Assembly (NCBI GenBank): GCA_963665275.2
Contig: CAXXIN010000018.1
Location: forward strand, 352,001 to 416,000
DNA length: 64,000 bases
From: Negativicutes bacterium
Lineage (GTDB): Bacteria; Bacillota; Negativicutes; UBA1444
Direction of reading: 5' to 3'
Shown in pieces: positions 63,158-64,000 of the stretch. The translations under genes and the position numbers were made by a program. The number at the start of each line of letters is the position of its first letter. Position 1 is the first letter of the stretch. The notes beneath the pieces were generated by a model that did no database searches, was not told where the DNA came from, and was given only the letters and a program-made list of their open reading frames with translations.

Positions 63158-64000
63158 ATGGGAAAAGTTGTATTGGAACATATAACCAAGAAATTTGGAC
63201 AGGTTACAGCGGTCAATGATTTTAACCTTGAAATTAATGATAATGAATTTATCGTTATCGTTGGACCGTCCGGTTGCGGAAAATCTACAGTTCTGCGAAT
63301 GATTGCCGGCTTGGAAACGCAAACTTCCGGCAATATCAACATTGCCGGCGATTTGGTAAACGACAAGCCCCCCCGTGACCGAAATATTGCAATGGTATTT
63401 CAAAATTACGCCTTGTATCCTCACATGAATGTGTATGAAAACATGGCATTTGGCCTGTCCCTGCATGGTATGCCCAAAGATCAGATTGATGCCAAAGTGA
63501 AAGAAGCCGCGGAAATCTTAAGTATCAATGAATTGCTTCACAGAAAGCCCAAGGAACTTTCCGGCGGACAGCGGCAACGGGTTGCGCTTGGCCGGGCCAT
63601 TGTACGTGAACCTGAAGTTTTCCTGATGGATGAACCTCTTTCCAATCTCGACGCAAAACTGAGGGTTCAAACACGTGCGGAAATTTCCAAACTGCATGCA
63701 CGTCTCAACGTAACTACGATTTATGTTACTCACGACCAGATTGAAGCCATGACCATGGCTGATCGCATCGTAGTCATCAAAGATGGCGTCATCCAACAAA
63801 TCGCCGATCCTCAAACATTATATGATTTGCCGGCCAATCAATTCGTGGCCGGATTTATTGGGACTCCACCCATGAATTTTTTCCGTTGCCGATTGGTCAA
63901 ACAGAACGGATCATTACAGCTTGAGGCGAATGGTATTGAGTTGGGAATTTCGGCTGACTGGCTGAATTCGCTTGAGGCATTCGTGAATCAGGATGTGATT
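63158..64000 (+). CDS. carbohydrate ABC transporter ATPase (UgpC/MalK family), truncated by window end
   Basis: Manual reading [59 protein letters not shown]. Confidence 0.92.
   Translation, partial: MGKVVLEHITKKFGQVTAVNDFNLEINDNEFIVIVGPSGCGKSTVLRMIAGLETQTSGNINIAGDLVNDKPPRDRNIAMVFQNYALYPHMNVYENMAFGLSLHGMPKDQIDAKVKEAAEILSINELLHRKPKELSGGQRQRVALGRAIVREPEVFLMDEPLSNLDAKLRVQTRAEISKLHARLNVTTIYVTHDQIEAMTMADRIVVIKDGVIQQIADPQTLYDLPANQFVAGFIGTPPMNFFRCRLVKQNGSLQLEANGIELGISADWLNSLEAFVNQDVI

Overview
A gene-dense bacterial chromosome segment with Firmicutes-type gene order, two T-boxes and a SAM-I riboswitch; Negativicutes/Sporomusaceae-like by inference only. Housekeeping blocks: spoIID-like 3' end-queA-tgt-yajC-PP2C-secDF; nrdR-nrdD-nrdG, with NrdD carrying a 484-aa intein whose homing endonuclease looks decayed; radical SAM-pgeF-yggS-sepF-proC-ylmH-divIVA-DUF167-larA; a GapB-type GAPDH; a T-box-controlled ilv operon; T-box-ileS-lspA-rluD-pyrR; rqcH; a three-subunit xanthine-dehydrogenase-family enzyme; dapF-dapL-yloC-remA-gmk-rpoZ-coaBC; SAM-I-metK. 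Accessory blocks: a tungsten aldehyde:ferredoxin oxidoreductase cluster with cofactor and tungstate-uptake genes; an ECF sigma/anti-sigma pair divergent from a secreted YfbK-type vWA protein with a possible STN-like domain, separated by two mirror-image ECF-type promoters; and a GntR sugar-catabolic operon with an HPS-like lyase but no PHI. At least seven genes carry small indels, mostly at short G/C runs and including coaBC, which suggests assembly errors rather than real pseudogenes. No rRNA, tRNA, CRISPR array, IS element or prophage was seen.
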